DNA of 59,206 nucleotides, filler included, from Sphacelaria rigidula (lineage: Eukaryota), in assembly GCA_964200075.2 (NCBI GenBank). It is 6 parts of 6 records of this genome, joined end to end, with 100 filler letters (N's around TTAATTAATTAA, not from the genome) between each part and the next. Parts side by side here need not be neighbours in the genome. Positions count along the whole stretch, not along the records: positions 19,771 to 29,555 come from CAXNAA020007771.1; positions 29,656 to 39,439 come from CAXNAA020007772.1; 4 more parts are not named here. One strand, given 5' to 3'. How positions within the stretch are numbered: position 1 is the stretch's first letter; each line of letters starts with the position of its first letter. The notes beneath the pieces are model-generated. The model was not told where the DNA came from. It ran no database searches and saw only the letters and a program-made list of their open reading frames with translations. Both the position numbers and the translations under genes were made by a program. Of the stretch, positions 25,036-37,048 are shown one piece after another.

Positions 25036-26351
25036 CAGCCTGGTTCAGCCTTATCACCCAATAAACACTCATCGGCAAAACCTCACGCCGTTTCAAGGAG
25101 CTGGACCCTGAAAAATTGCACGTATGTTCTATGGGGCATCACGCAACTTTCGAAGGTCGAGGTTTTTCGACTTTTTGACTTTTCCACCGATTTTCTGGGG
25201 TCCTAGTTTTCCGGGAAACATCGATTCAAGCGGACCCCCGGAAAACGGTGAAAAAGAAACTCCAATAACCTCGTTTACCCATAGTTGCGTAATGACCCAC
25301 AGCACAGCTGTGCAAAATTCCAGGGTATAACTCCTTGAAACGGCTGTCTTGAGGTTTTTCGCTTTTGTGCGATGAACTTTGACGTGCTGGGCTTTCTCTT
25401 ATGCTAGCACGGTTTTTGAAGAATTCGTTCGTCTTGGAAATAGTATTGGGTCGCTGTTTTGTATAACCGTGGTGGCACAATAATTGAAAGTCTATACGTG
25501 CGGCGGTGAACCGCAACGTATTTGATTTCTGTGCGAAAACGGCATGTTCGGGCCTTCTTTGACGACAACACAAACATTCATGCATCATCTTAATCGAGGT
25601 TTGCAACGAAATTTTGTGGGGCGCTTCCTTGGGTCATGCGGCAACAGCTCGTTCACGGAAAATGAGGAAAATATATCGTGCTGCCGGTTTTCCTGGGTCC
25701 AATAATAGAAAGTACTTCGAAAATCGACTTGGATCCCGTCGGACCCTCGAAAAACGTTGGAAGACTCAAGCAGTAAAGAAGAGTGACAAGTTGCGTGATG
25801 ATGAATGGAATATTTGTGCCAAGTTTCAGGATCTAACTCAAAGTAACGGCGCGAAGGTTTGCGCGTGTGTGGAGGTGGGCTTTGAACGTGCAACTCTCAA
25901 CTACTTGGTTTTGGTATTGTAACGTTTCTTGGGATGAAATTGACGTCAAGGCAAGAAAAACTGTGTGCGGGTTTCGAGTTTCTTCACCTAACTTTGTACA
26001 TGTGTTCCTTGGACTATCCCGAGACGCATTGCTATAGTCTTCTTCTTCTAAAGGATTCTGTACCGCCTTTCGGGTGTCTTTATACTGGGACCCTCGGAAG
26101 CCCGTAGAGAATGGAGAAACCATGAAATATCGTACATGATTTTTTTTTTTTGCATTTGGGGCATCAATTCCTACGAGACTGCCAAGTTCGACGGCGATCG
26201 GAGCTTTTCTACAACAGATACAGGGGACACCGCTACGAGGCTCCGTGCGTTTTCGTGCGTATCAGTGGAAATTAGACAACGCCAACACCCGACATAACCG
26301 AAACATCACGGTTTCGGGTATGCTTCGACCCCCGTAGTAACCGTTGTAAAA
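25036..26351 (-). mobile_element. Partial inverted copy of the 1.5-kb CAGGCTGGTTCA Tc1/mariner-like element
   Basis: Reverse complement is colinear with 50515-51713. Begins TA|CAGCCTGGTTCAGCCTTATCACCCAA. Confidence 0.8.
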
Positions 26352-26939
26352 TACGGAAGCTGCCAGAATCACCCTTACTTCTCATTGAGCATCAGGTGTT
26401 TGAACAGAAAGCGTCCTCCGAGTTTTTAAAGTAGAACGGGAAAATATGCTTTGCAAGTATTTGCTGTGCGGTTCTGTGACGGCGATGCCCCCCAATCACA
26501 ACGCAAGCCGTGCGCACACACCTGTCGCAGTTGACGTAGTGTCGATCTTTCACTTCTTCACACCGTCGACATTTACAAGTGTGTGGCCCATAGGTGAAGT
26601 AGAGACCTACATCGTAACTGTTGTAGCCCGTCGAGGGCTGGAATAGGCGTACACTTTGTCCGGTACATCTTTTTGTCTATTCCATCTAATGGCCATATGT
26701 TGTCATTTTCCAGTGTGTGCTCTTTTCTATCTGGTCCTCTCGAGCCCACATAACATCAATCAACATGTCGGAATGGACGGTTGTTCCTTCACCGCTATAA
26801 ATCCCTACAGTGCTGCGCTCCCGACCCCGTCACACGTTCACGAAGTTTGTTACTGATCCATCGATGCTGCAGTGTTTGTGCAACCGCTTCTCTCACCGAG
26901 CACGTGATCACTGCCAATGAATATCGGGAGTACGAAGCT

Positions 26940-27270
26940 GGTCGCCCCGGTGTTGACAGCCTCCACACTCTCTGACGACTGGGTCGTGGGTTCGAATCTC
27001 GGAGCGATCTGGGATTTTATCCTCATACAACAGTTGAGGACGACCACGCAGTGGGTACACTGAATCCGACGTGATGGTCGACGAGGGGAAGGAACCGGTG
27101 AACCTCTCTAGCGATGAAGAAAGAAGGCAATCACCGCAAAAGGAAGGCGGAGTAACCGAAATGAACAAACTCCGTATTTGGCATTCCTCCTGTGCGACCC
27201 GGCTTGGTGCGCCCACATATACCGGAAGATGTAGATCGACGTCCAAAACAGAAGGGATGACAACACACAC
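26940..27270 (+). mobile_element. tRNA-derived SINE, second copy (A box degenerate)
   Basis: GGTCGCCCCGGTG start, shared GGGTCGTGGGTTCGAATCTCGGAGCGATCTGGGAT, and body and tail similar to the 13319 copy. Confidence 0.78.
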
Positions 27271-27559
27271 CATTCATATTATAGTAGAGATTAGTGATTA
27301 CCACGCATTCATTCGGTAGCGATCTGTTTTTTCAGTGCTACAGCCGTCGTTTTTAGTTGCACCTAGCTCGCACACCTCTCCTAGGATATGCAGAGCGCAT
27401 TCTACGACCCCTTCACCTAAGGGTTTCCGTCGTTCGCGTTAGGTTGGGGTTTGGAGTTCGATGAGAAAAACCATGGATCGACGATAGACTCTGGCGGGGT
27501 GTTGCGCCAAAAGTACCTGTTATATTGCTCGCGCGCTTGTATTTGCTTTAATCTTCCGT

Positions 27560-28580
27560 AACCCTTCGACCGCAAGGGGTAGGTACCTGCTGAATCGACA
27601 GTAATTTCACTGGAAGAAGTATGCGTGACCCAGATCGACCACCCGCAACGTGGTTAGGAGTTGATCCTTGGACGGCGAAGGTGTTCGATTTGGATCGCGC
27701 ACACTGTTTTTCTGCCTGTGAAGTTGACGCCGATTATTAGACAGCTGCTCAACAACAGTAGGAGTAGGTTGTCCGTCGAATCGTCATCAAGTTCACTTTG
27801 AAAAAGTATACATTTTCCGATAGATCAACCCTCACGGTCTTAGGGTTGATCAAAATCTCCTTGAGTGTGGCGGGGGAGGTGACATGCGTGAAATCGGCAT
27901 TCATTCTCAGTCCGTTCTCGAATTGAAAATCATGCCTAAAGTAGTGGGTCACAAATGGACACCTCTGGTGCCGACGAAATCATAACATCGAAACCCTTCG
28001 ACCGCCAGGGTGAACGGATCATCTCATCTCTTGAATCTGCGTAGTCACATATACTCGGGAAGAGTTGCTCCATTACGTACCCTGGAAGGAGGCCAAAGGG
28101 CTGACCCTTTGACCGCGATACAGGTCGTCCACCTGGATCGTGCACACTTTTTCCGAGTGAATCTTGATGCCGATTCAGCAGGTGAACTACCCTCGCGCTC
28201 AAAGGGTCAACGTTTGTGAGATCGGATTGAACATGTGCGTCGCACCCAGTTTTTTTTTCCTGAATCGGCATCATTTTCGTTCGCTTCCGCGAGGGTAAGT
28301 CACCTGCTGAATCGGCATCAATTTCGCTGGGAAAGGTATGCGTGATCCAGATGGACTACCCGCACCGCGGTCTGAGGGTTGAAATGATGCCGATCCATGG
28401 AGATGCCCCTGAGATTGGTTGATTGATTGATTGTCGCACCTTGACCATGGAAATGCCCATGAGAGCGAGCGAACCGCGAGTTTCTGGAAGTCCGGTCTCA
28501 AAGGGGTTTACCCCCACGAGTAAGCTATCTGGATCACGTACACTAATTTTAAGTACAATTAATGCCGATTGAACACGTAT
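27560..28580. repeat. Degenerate array of modules (about 100 bp) in mixed orientations
   Basis: The module CTGCTGAATCG.CA..AATTTC.CTGG....GTATGCGTGA.CCAGAT is forward at about 27585 and 28300. Its inverse (GGATC..GCACACT...GATGCCGATT) is at about 27690, 28135 and 28530. Confidence 0.6.
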
Positions 28581-29490
28581 GGTCTACTCTCGCCGTCCTC
28601 GCCGTCTACTCGTGAGGGTTAACCCTCGCTCAGTGGACTTTGCCTCAGAACGGTCATCACAGACTGGCGGTGCAGGGACATGCGGACGATTCCAAGGGGG
28701 CGGGGGTAGGGTTTTTGATGGAGGGCCCGGGCCTCTTCGCAAAACAGCTTGAAAGCTCTCCAACTCAACCATGTTGGATTTTTTTCACAGAAATTGTAAG
28801 TCAGGAACAAGGCCCAAGAGAAGCAGAGTAATCATTTTGACCAGTCACACCTGTCAAAATGGTTCGTTCGTTCCCCTACAGGTGGACTACATCGCTGTGT
28901 ACTAGCATTTCAACCATGAAGCAGATTAGCCAAACACGGTGCTTGTTGCCGTGCCCGTGATCTGTGCGGCATGACTCATCCGTCATGTGTTGCCAGCATA
29001 GCTTCACGCTATGGTGTTTTTGTAAAGGACTGAGCAGAGACACTAGCAGCATGCAGTAGCGTGTGTTAAACGGCGAGCGATGACACCTTGACTCCGTTGT
29101 ATCCAGAGAACACAGGCTATGCACACAATCATTTCAGGGTCAAAACCGGTAAGGGTTGTCGGGCACTTTTTTGTACATGGATGCCCAGCATCCACACAAG
29201 GATGAAAAAAAGCGTCTTTTTTAGCGAGGAAAGAGCTGTGATGACCCCTCATGTGTGGCATGGTCCGCCTCAGTCCACCCGCCGGGGGATCGCCGCCTAT
29301 GGGTTAACCCTTTGACGGTCATGGTCTTTTGAAAGGGCATCATAGCTGATGCTGACCTAATGAGAAACCAAACGTGCTCTAACGAAGCACCTTGTACTCT
29401 TGTGGGCCCAGACTATCTTCGGTTGTCGCCGTATCCCACTCTGGGTGGCTGCACAGGATCGATCCTGTCTGCCCTTCAATTAAAACGTTG

Positions 29491-29555
29491 CACGGTTAGG
29501 ACAAATCATCACGACTCAAAATCACCAAGTTCACGATTTCTTCTGCCTGATTGCC
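29491..29555 (+). mobile_element. 5' end of a CACGG MITE at the contig end
   Basis: Nearly identical to 2376-2440. Confidence 0.8.
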
Positions 29556-29655
29556 NNNNNNNNNNNNNNNNNNNNNNNNNNNNNNNNNNNNNNNNNNNNT
29601 TAATTAATTAANNNNNNNNNNNNNNNNNNNNNNNNNNNNNNNNNNNNNNNNNNNN
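29556..29655. other. Artificial contig linker
   Basis: N44-TTAATTAATTAA-N44. Confidence 0.98.
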
Positions 29656-31669
29656 ACTTTCCAACTCCAAGAAAAAAATTGCGAATTCGCCTGCAAAGTA
29701 CAAATCCGCTTGTAGGCTGGCCCAGCCTGTAGGAAATTTTGTTGAACTGTCTGTGTACGTTGATAGCCACGGTACTACGAAAGATCCATATGAGACCGAT
29801 TGAACTACAGGAGACCTACTTGCACTGGAATCTAAGAAGTCCCCGCGTGTGACCTCTCCGACTACTTTGCCACGTACTGGTGTATACACGGTAGTAACAG
29901 CGAGTAAGCCGATAATCGAAAGTGTTGCATAGAACAGAGACCAATCTCAAAACAGATCTACTGTCTGGAGTGCTGTTCAAAGAGATGCTGAGCCTGCGCA
30001 CCGGAGACTTGACAACGCCAGATAGGAAGATCCGAAAAAGACAAGAAAAACAAAAAAGGACAACCTGGTGGCAACGAGGAGGGAAAGCGAGGAACTATGA
30101 CCTCCCTCGGGTTCCGATCAAGTAGCATCGTCATGGAAAAGCAACAGACAGGGCGTGTCTAGCCTACACACAGCATAGCATTATCAGCAAAAACACAATC
30201 TGTTCAGAGTGTCCCATAATCAACGATGAAAACATGAGATACCATCTGTACGTAGTATCCACAACAAACAACTGTACCAAGAACCCAACAGACAATAATA
30301 TTCCGCCTTCAACAAAAATTGGCCGCCTGCCCTGTTCTTCTCTACTGCTACGTCCTTTTCGAAGTTGGGATCCTGACGCTTTTCATATACGGAAAAAAAG
30401 CTTGGGTCCAGTGAAGCAATAATTACTATAAGGCCGGATGTTATGGCAAACAGACTTTTGGCCCACGGATTGTTCACTTTTGGGACGTTCGAACCACGTT
30501 TTGACCCCCAAACAGGGAATACCGACAACACACGTCTCGGACACTTTGCATCATCCCACAGAGAGGAGCCTAGTCGGCTTTTCGGATTTGCTTGGCTTCG
30601 AGGTTTCGCGATTGGCCGCTGAACAAAAGTTTGTGCGCAAAAATCTGTGCTTGTCAACGCCCGCCAGTAGAAGGGCGTTGAACCTATGAGCCTTCACGGT
30701 CGATCATCTGAGTCCTGTCGATATTTCAAGTCAAATCATGCCAATTCAACATATGCGAACAGAACACTGCAGCCATGGCAGGGCAGGGATGATGTACAGA
30801 CGGCAGGCCGCACTTGGCGATAAAGGCAGGGTCTGCATAACCAAAAAACAGAAGAGCACAAGTCAGTCACCATGGTGTTTTTTGTTCCAGTATACACTGC
30901 GCTCTCTAACGTGGGTCCCCGGAGCGGCTGGGTGTACAGGCGACAATGCTTCTCTGTTAGTAATATGTCGGAGTGCATTATATCCTGGCACGTCTTTGAT
31001 GGCAGAAACGAAGTTACCCCGATTCAGATCTCTTGTTCCATATTGCCCCGCCTCCGTCCCGTCTGCGTGGTTTGATTTCGTTTGCTCTTTGTCGGGGACG
31101 GTGGCTTGTTGGGGAGAGTCCATCGATGAGCCGGCTAAATCAGGGACGATCTCGTCGGCCACGAGAGCGGTGTGAGCGCTGTTTTTTGTGTCGTGTGCTT
31201 CAAATCGCAATGCATGTTTGGTCAAACTCACTTTCCGGGAACGTCCCATGCTCGGCGCACCGACGGCTAACAGTGTTTTTTTTTTGCAAAGCTTCAGGGA
31301 ACGCTGGAAGAGTTGAGAAAAAAGGAGTTTGACTAGGCATGCGTATCAGCGATGTGAACGTGTATGTGGCGCCTGAACAGGGAGGGCGTCGCTTGAACGC
31401 ACGATTTGCTCATTCTAAGGATGTAATTTTTAATAAAATGTCTTCACATGGAAGAAATGAAATGGTCGATGGTCGGTAAAATTTCGTCGAGCAGCACGGG
31501 CAAACTTCGGGGGCCACCACCCCCCCCCGATTCGCATATCGAACAGTGTGAGTTTACGAGTGCAGTGCCATTCATCACCCTGCAGGTACAGCGACAACAG
31601 AGTGTAGGATAGTACAGTGCCGTTCGCCATGATGAGACAAAAAGCAGCGTAGTGCATCATGAAATATTG

Positions 31670-32649
31670 CACACCTTGGACAAAACAATATGTTTTCAAT
31701 ATATATATATGTATGAGTCGATCATATTGAAATTTCGCGATATATTGCCGGCGTAATACATCTTGGTACCCTTGGATCGTACACGTATTGCGCGTCCAAT
31801 ATATATTGATGTCGTGGGACTGCATACATATTGCCCGCCCAATATATATTGGTACCGTGGGGTTGAGCACATATTGTCCCATCAAACGCTAACCCATATA
31901 CTTCTCGTGTCATGATCGTGAAGTAATGTATGACAACTAATATTGGGCATGCATCTGCTCCGGGAACAAAACATTCCAGATATATTGTGCATGCCGACCT
32001 TGTATGTATTGGAGTTTCAATATATATTGACTCGAAGCGATGCGGAACATATTGTTGCCATAATATTTATTGACCGTTTTCGGCATGTGGTGATACATCT
32101 TTCAATGGCGCCCGCGAACATGGAACTGCCCACCATACTAATTCCAATATACGTTGCAATCTACGTGTTGAAAATCAATATATATATATCAATATATATA
32201 TATATTGCTACACCAATATGTACTGTGGCCGTCCGTTCCCTCGTGTATTGTTCGCCCAATATATATTGGACGCATTGACGCACGACACATTGGGGCGGCA
32301 ATATATGTTGGCGCTCTGGGTGTTGAGTATATTGAACTATCAATATATATATTGACCTCGTGCGGCTGCCAATGTATTACTGGACATATATATATATATA
32401 TTGGTGCCTTCTCGCACCAACATATTAGTCGTCCAATATATTGAGGTGGCGCGTGTCGTGATATATTGTTCGGTCGATATATATTGCATGTCGCAAGACT
32501 TGACATATTGATGGCACAATATATATTGACCCTCTCTCGTGCCATCATATTGCTCGCCCAATATATATTGACCACCCGACACGTCGACATATTGAACGGA
32601 CAATCTATATATATATATATATATTACATATTGTATTGTCCAGGGTGTG
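31670..32649. mobile_element. 980-bp non-autonomous DNA transposon with perfect 8-bp TSD and an internal CAATAT/ATATTG array
   Basis: AAATATTG|CACACCTTGGACAAAACAATATG ... CATATTGTATTGTCCAGGGTGTG|AAATATTG. The same right end recurs at 6652-6671. Confidence 0.85.
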
Positions 32650-33455
32650 AAATATTGCCATCACCGCAGGGCACGGCGCCAACACTTCTTATCCGCTTGT
32701 CAAACTCGCTGCTTCAGCTGCTGGTGCTGGCAGGCATGGCCTGTGCTGCCACGATACTGTCTACTGCTGCGGTTGCAGAAATAGCGAACGCCTGTTGCCC
32801 TATCATCGTATTTCAATGTGCATACGTCACCTCCTACAGACTCGGGGGACCTCGATTTCCCCCCCAGCTGCGCTCAGAGTCGGGGAAAAACGTTGTCAAA
32901 TCGTGACATACGTATTTGAGCTGCCCCGTTTTCGGCCAACTTGGGATCCATCAAGGCGTTTCCCGATTTGAGGCCATGAAAAATGGTCTTCGCATATTAT
33001 TTCTTGATCGAAAAAGTCAGGTCAGGTGGAAAACAAAAACTCCAAGGGCAGGTCAGGTAGGGTATACCCAATACTCGGTGTTTTTGAAACGTCATACTCT
33101 TAGTACCCAAAAGTTGGGTAGAATATTTGAGGTCATACTCAATCCACCCAGTTTTTGGGTAGAGTATTGAGGTCTTACTCACGTGATACTCTACACTCAA
33201 GTATTACTGAGAGTACTTACCCAATATTGGGTAGAGTATTTGAGGTCGTACTCAATCTTCATAAAATATGCGTAGAGTATAAAAATCGTACCCAATCTAC
33301 CCGAACTTTGAGTGGAGTACTGAGGTCATACCCAAGCGATACTGTATACCCAGGTATTGCTTACCCAATATTGAGTAGAGTATATGAGGCCATACTCAAT
33401 CTACCCAACATTTAGGTGGTGTATTTGAGGCCGTAACCAATCTACCCAAGATTTG

Positions 33456-35144
33456 CAAGGTTGTGTTCTGTAGGGTACGGTTTTCTGTATACCCTGGGTA
33501 TTTTCTGAGGTATTTACCGTGCGTGGCAATTCTGTGACTTCTGTAAGACTACCGTACCGGCACCTGACAGTTCTATACTCTCTGTGACACTTTCATACCC
33601 ATATCCGCTAGTTCTGTGAGTTCTGTAAGCCTCCCCTACCGTTACCGGGGGGCATGAGTACGCTCTTGACACTATACCCGGTCGCGGGTACGGTTTTCTG
33701 TGCAACCTCCATCCCCTACCCGACCGTTTCTTTGAGTTCTGTAGCCTCTCATGCCCTTTCCCGACAGTTCTGTGAGTTTTGTACAGCGTGTTTACCCGTA
33801 CCCGGAGCGCGGGTATGCTCTTGAAGAAATACCCGATCGTAAGCCTCCCGTACCGTACCCGACAAGTTCTGTAAGTTTTGTAATACTTCCATTCAGTACC
33901 GGTATCCGACATTTCTGTGAGCTCTGAAGCCTCTCATACCCCTACCCGGGGTTAGGGTATACCGTTGTAGATATACCTGATTCCAGGTACGAACACATGG
34001 ATATACCTTCGGGAAGTATTGATCTAGGTTCAATCCAAGAACAACCTCAATGTTGGGGAGTATTTAGTTTGGAATTTGACAGAATACGAGGTTGTGCTGA
34101 GTAGAAACACGAAACATGAGCAGCACTGCTGAAGACCGTCAGGATGGATTACCCCTAGACTCGAGTGGTGACTCGAGCGGGGGCGGTCCGTCTGCGCCAC
34201 CAGGGGATCAAGTAGCAAGCCGCACGTCATCAACGTTGATGATTCTGTCGTGATCATCAAACCCCAGACCGTTTTCGACATACACAGCAGAGAGTATGGG
34301 CTGCCACTGAAAGCCGCCAAGGCCATCGACGACTGTGTCGTCCGTAAGGGCTTTCAGACAGCGGGCAGCCGGTAGTGCTCCTTTATGTACTCTCTGGGAG
34401 TTTACATGAAGCCGATTGATGTTGACGATCCCATGCACATGTGCTACTGCGAGTGTTCGTGTAGTCTTTCTCTATCAACCCCGTAAAGCCGTTCAAAATT
34501 TTCGTGAACTGTCAACTGTTCGCCACTGTAGTGACGTAGGTCCCACCACAGGGGTAGCGATAATACCAAGGTCGTGTTCTGTAGGGTCCGGTTCTCTGTA
34601 TACCCGGGGTATTTTCCTGGGTATTTACCGTTCGCTATAGTTCTGTGACTTCTGTAAGACTAACATACCGGTACCTGGCAGTTGTGTAATATCTGTAAGA
34701 TCTTCATACCCGTACCCGATAGTTCTGTGAGTTCTGTGAGCCTCCCCTACCGTTACCGGGGGGCACGGGTATGCTCTTGACACTATACCCGGCTGCGGGT
34801 ACGATTTTCTGTGCAACCTTCACACCCTACCCGACCGTTTCTGTGAGATCTGTAAGCCTCTCATACCCTTACCCGACAGTTCTGTGAGTTTTCTACAGGA
34901 TGTTTACCCGTAACCGGAGCGTGGGTGTTCCCTCGAAGAAATACCCGATCGCCGGTACGGTTTTCTGTAAGCCTCCCATACCCTACCCGACAATTTCTAT
35001 AATTTCTGTACGACTTTCAAACCGGTACCCGACAGATTTGCAACTTCTGTTCGACTTTCATACCGGTACCCGATATTTCTGTAAGTTCTGTGAGGAATCT
35101 CGTACCCTACATAACATACCCGTACCCTACGGAACCCAACGTTG
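33456..35144. mobile_element. Composite CAAGGTTGTGTTCTGTAGGG-family insertion with two left ends (33456, 34567)
   Basis: Right end TACCCTACGGAACCCAACGTTG; flanks AAGATTTG / AAAAATTG. Host repeats resume immediately after it. 33456-33870 is duplicated at 34567-35000. Confidence 0.6.
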
Positions 35145-35732
35145 AAAAATTGGGTAGAGTATTTGAAATTATACCAAATCCACGCAAACTTGGGGTAGGG
35201 TATCTGAGGCCGGACCCAATATACCATAACGTTGCACACGTCAACAGATCAATTCCCTGTAGCTCGAGCTAGCTCTTTTCTAGCATAGCTCCCCAGTGAG
35301 CTATGAGGCGGGTAAGCTACGAGAGCTGTATGGGCTACACATGTCTGCCCTGCGTGAGCCACCAACCCGTAGCTCATCAGCTCACATTCGTCCTGGGTGA
35401 GCTATGGGAGCTGTATGAGCTACACACGTTTGCCATGGGTGAGCTACCAACCCGTAGCTCATCAGCTCATATTCGTCCTGGGTGAGCTATGAGAGCTGCA
35501 TGAGCTACGAATGTTTGCCCTGAGGGAGATGTCTGCCCTGGTGGAACTAGAAAGCTGCGGGAGCTACACTGATCTTGGCGTTGTTTTTGTTCCGATGCTC
35601 ATGCCCGTTGATATTGTACGTGCGTGATGACGGTTAGATGTGCTCACACCTCTGTGTTCCGTTCCGTGTAGCGATAGATTTGCTTTTGTAAACATCAACA
35701 CGGCTGCTTCAGAAGTCATCCGCATCATAGCC

Positions 35733-35733
<1 letters not shown>

Positions 35734-35782
<49 letters not shown>
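35734..35782. repeat. (AC)n microsatellite
   Basis: About 24 perfect units. Confidence 0.97.
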
Positions 35783-35784
<2 letters not shown>

Positions 35785-36185
35785 TCGCCCTGCATGGCGA
35801 CCGCGGGGGCAGCAGCTCTAGCGGCGCTTCAGTCGGCAGTGATGCCGTGGATATGGATCCTTTGCAACAGGTGATCAATGTTAGAGGAAAACATGAATTC
35901 ACTTACTTTCGTGCAGCGACGTCTTAGTTCATCCGCTCATGTTTTCCCCGAGTGAGCTAGAAGAGCTGTGTGAGCTACACATGTCTGCCTTGGGTGAGCT
36001 ACCGAGCGTAGCTCATCCGCATATGTTTCCCCTGGGTGAGCTGTGAGAGATGCATGGGCTACACATCTTCGCCCTGCGTGAGCTACCAACCCGTCAGGTC
36101 ATCCGCACATGTTTGCCCTGGATGAGTTATGAGAACTACATGAGCCACACATGTTTGCTCTGGGTGAGCTATTAGAGCTGCATGA

Positions 36186-37048
36186 GGGCCCTTCTTGACA
36201 AAGGGGATTATCCCCTTTCTCACAATCCCCTTTTAACAGGGGGTTGACCTCATAACGACCAGTCCCGAGTTCTATCGACAAGCATTTTTGTACAGATTGT
36301 AAACCAGATCTGCACGCAGATGCAGAAATGCGGCGGGTCCGGAAGTGGTCGTTCGTCCAAGCAGGTCCAAGGTCTGTGCAATGCTGCAAAAAAAGATGCA
36401 ACAAAACAACACAGCACCTGCACACCCAGCCCCGAAAAAAAACGCACATACACCCACCACTTCACGCACATTAGTTTCACTGCTAGCCCTTGCAAAACTA
36501 CTAATCTACACACGGCAGTCTTTGTTTGACGGAAATACGTTCTATATTGGACGAACGGCGGCCGCGTGCGTGTCAAAAACAACAGAAAACGTGTCCTTGC
36601 TGACCGTTTTGTAAGCGTGTGCTGTGTGCTGTGTGCGTGTCTCACACAAATACACATTTCTCAATGACTTCTGAACAGATTTGAGCAAGGTCACGCACAA
36701 CGTGCACAGCTGATGATCAGCTACGGCTCGAGCAGTGTGTTTTTGGTTTGCGGGGCCACCAAGTTCCTCAGATTCAGCTCTGATTGTGTTGGGTTGTGTG
36801 GTAAGCCTTTGCATGTGCCCCTGTCAACGGGACATGTATGTTCCCCTTCGAGGTGCACATAAATCCCCTTTTGAAAAGGGGATTCCAAGAAGTGTTTTTG
36901 CACTTGCTGAATCCCCTCAGCAAAGGGGATCTCTGTGCACGTTAATGGGATTTTTGTCGGGGGGTGGAATCGCAGCGACCAATCAGCGGTCGTTTTTCCA
37001 AGAGATGATTTTGAAAAAGGGTACTATCCCCTTAGTGAAGAAGGGTCC
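36186..37048. mobile_element. PIF/Harbinger-like MITE nested in the GAGCT element
   Basis: TGA|GGGCCCTTCTT...AAGAAGGGTCC|CGA. Removing the element and one 3-bp copy restores the host motif CATGAGCTAC. Confidence 0.6.

Noticed and set aside
31740..32600. CRISPR-like repeat/spacer array
   Set aside because: Eukaryotic context, no cas genes, conserved parts too short and degenerate, and the array lies within TIRs and a TSD.
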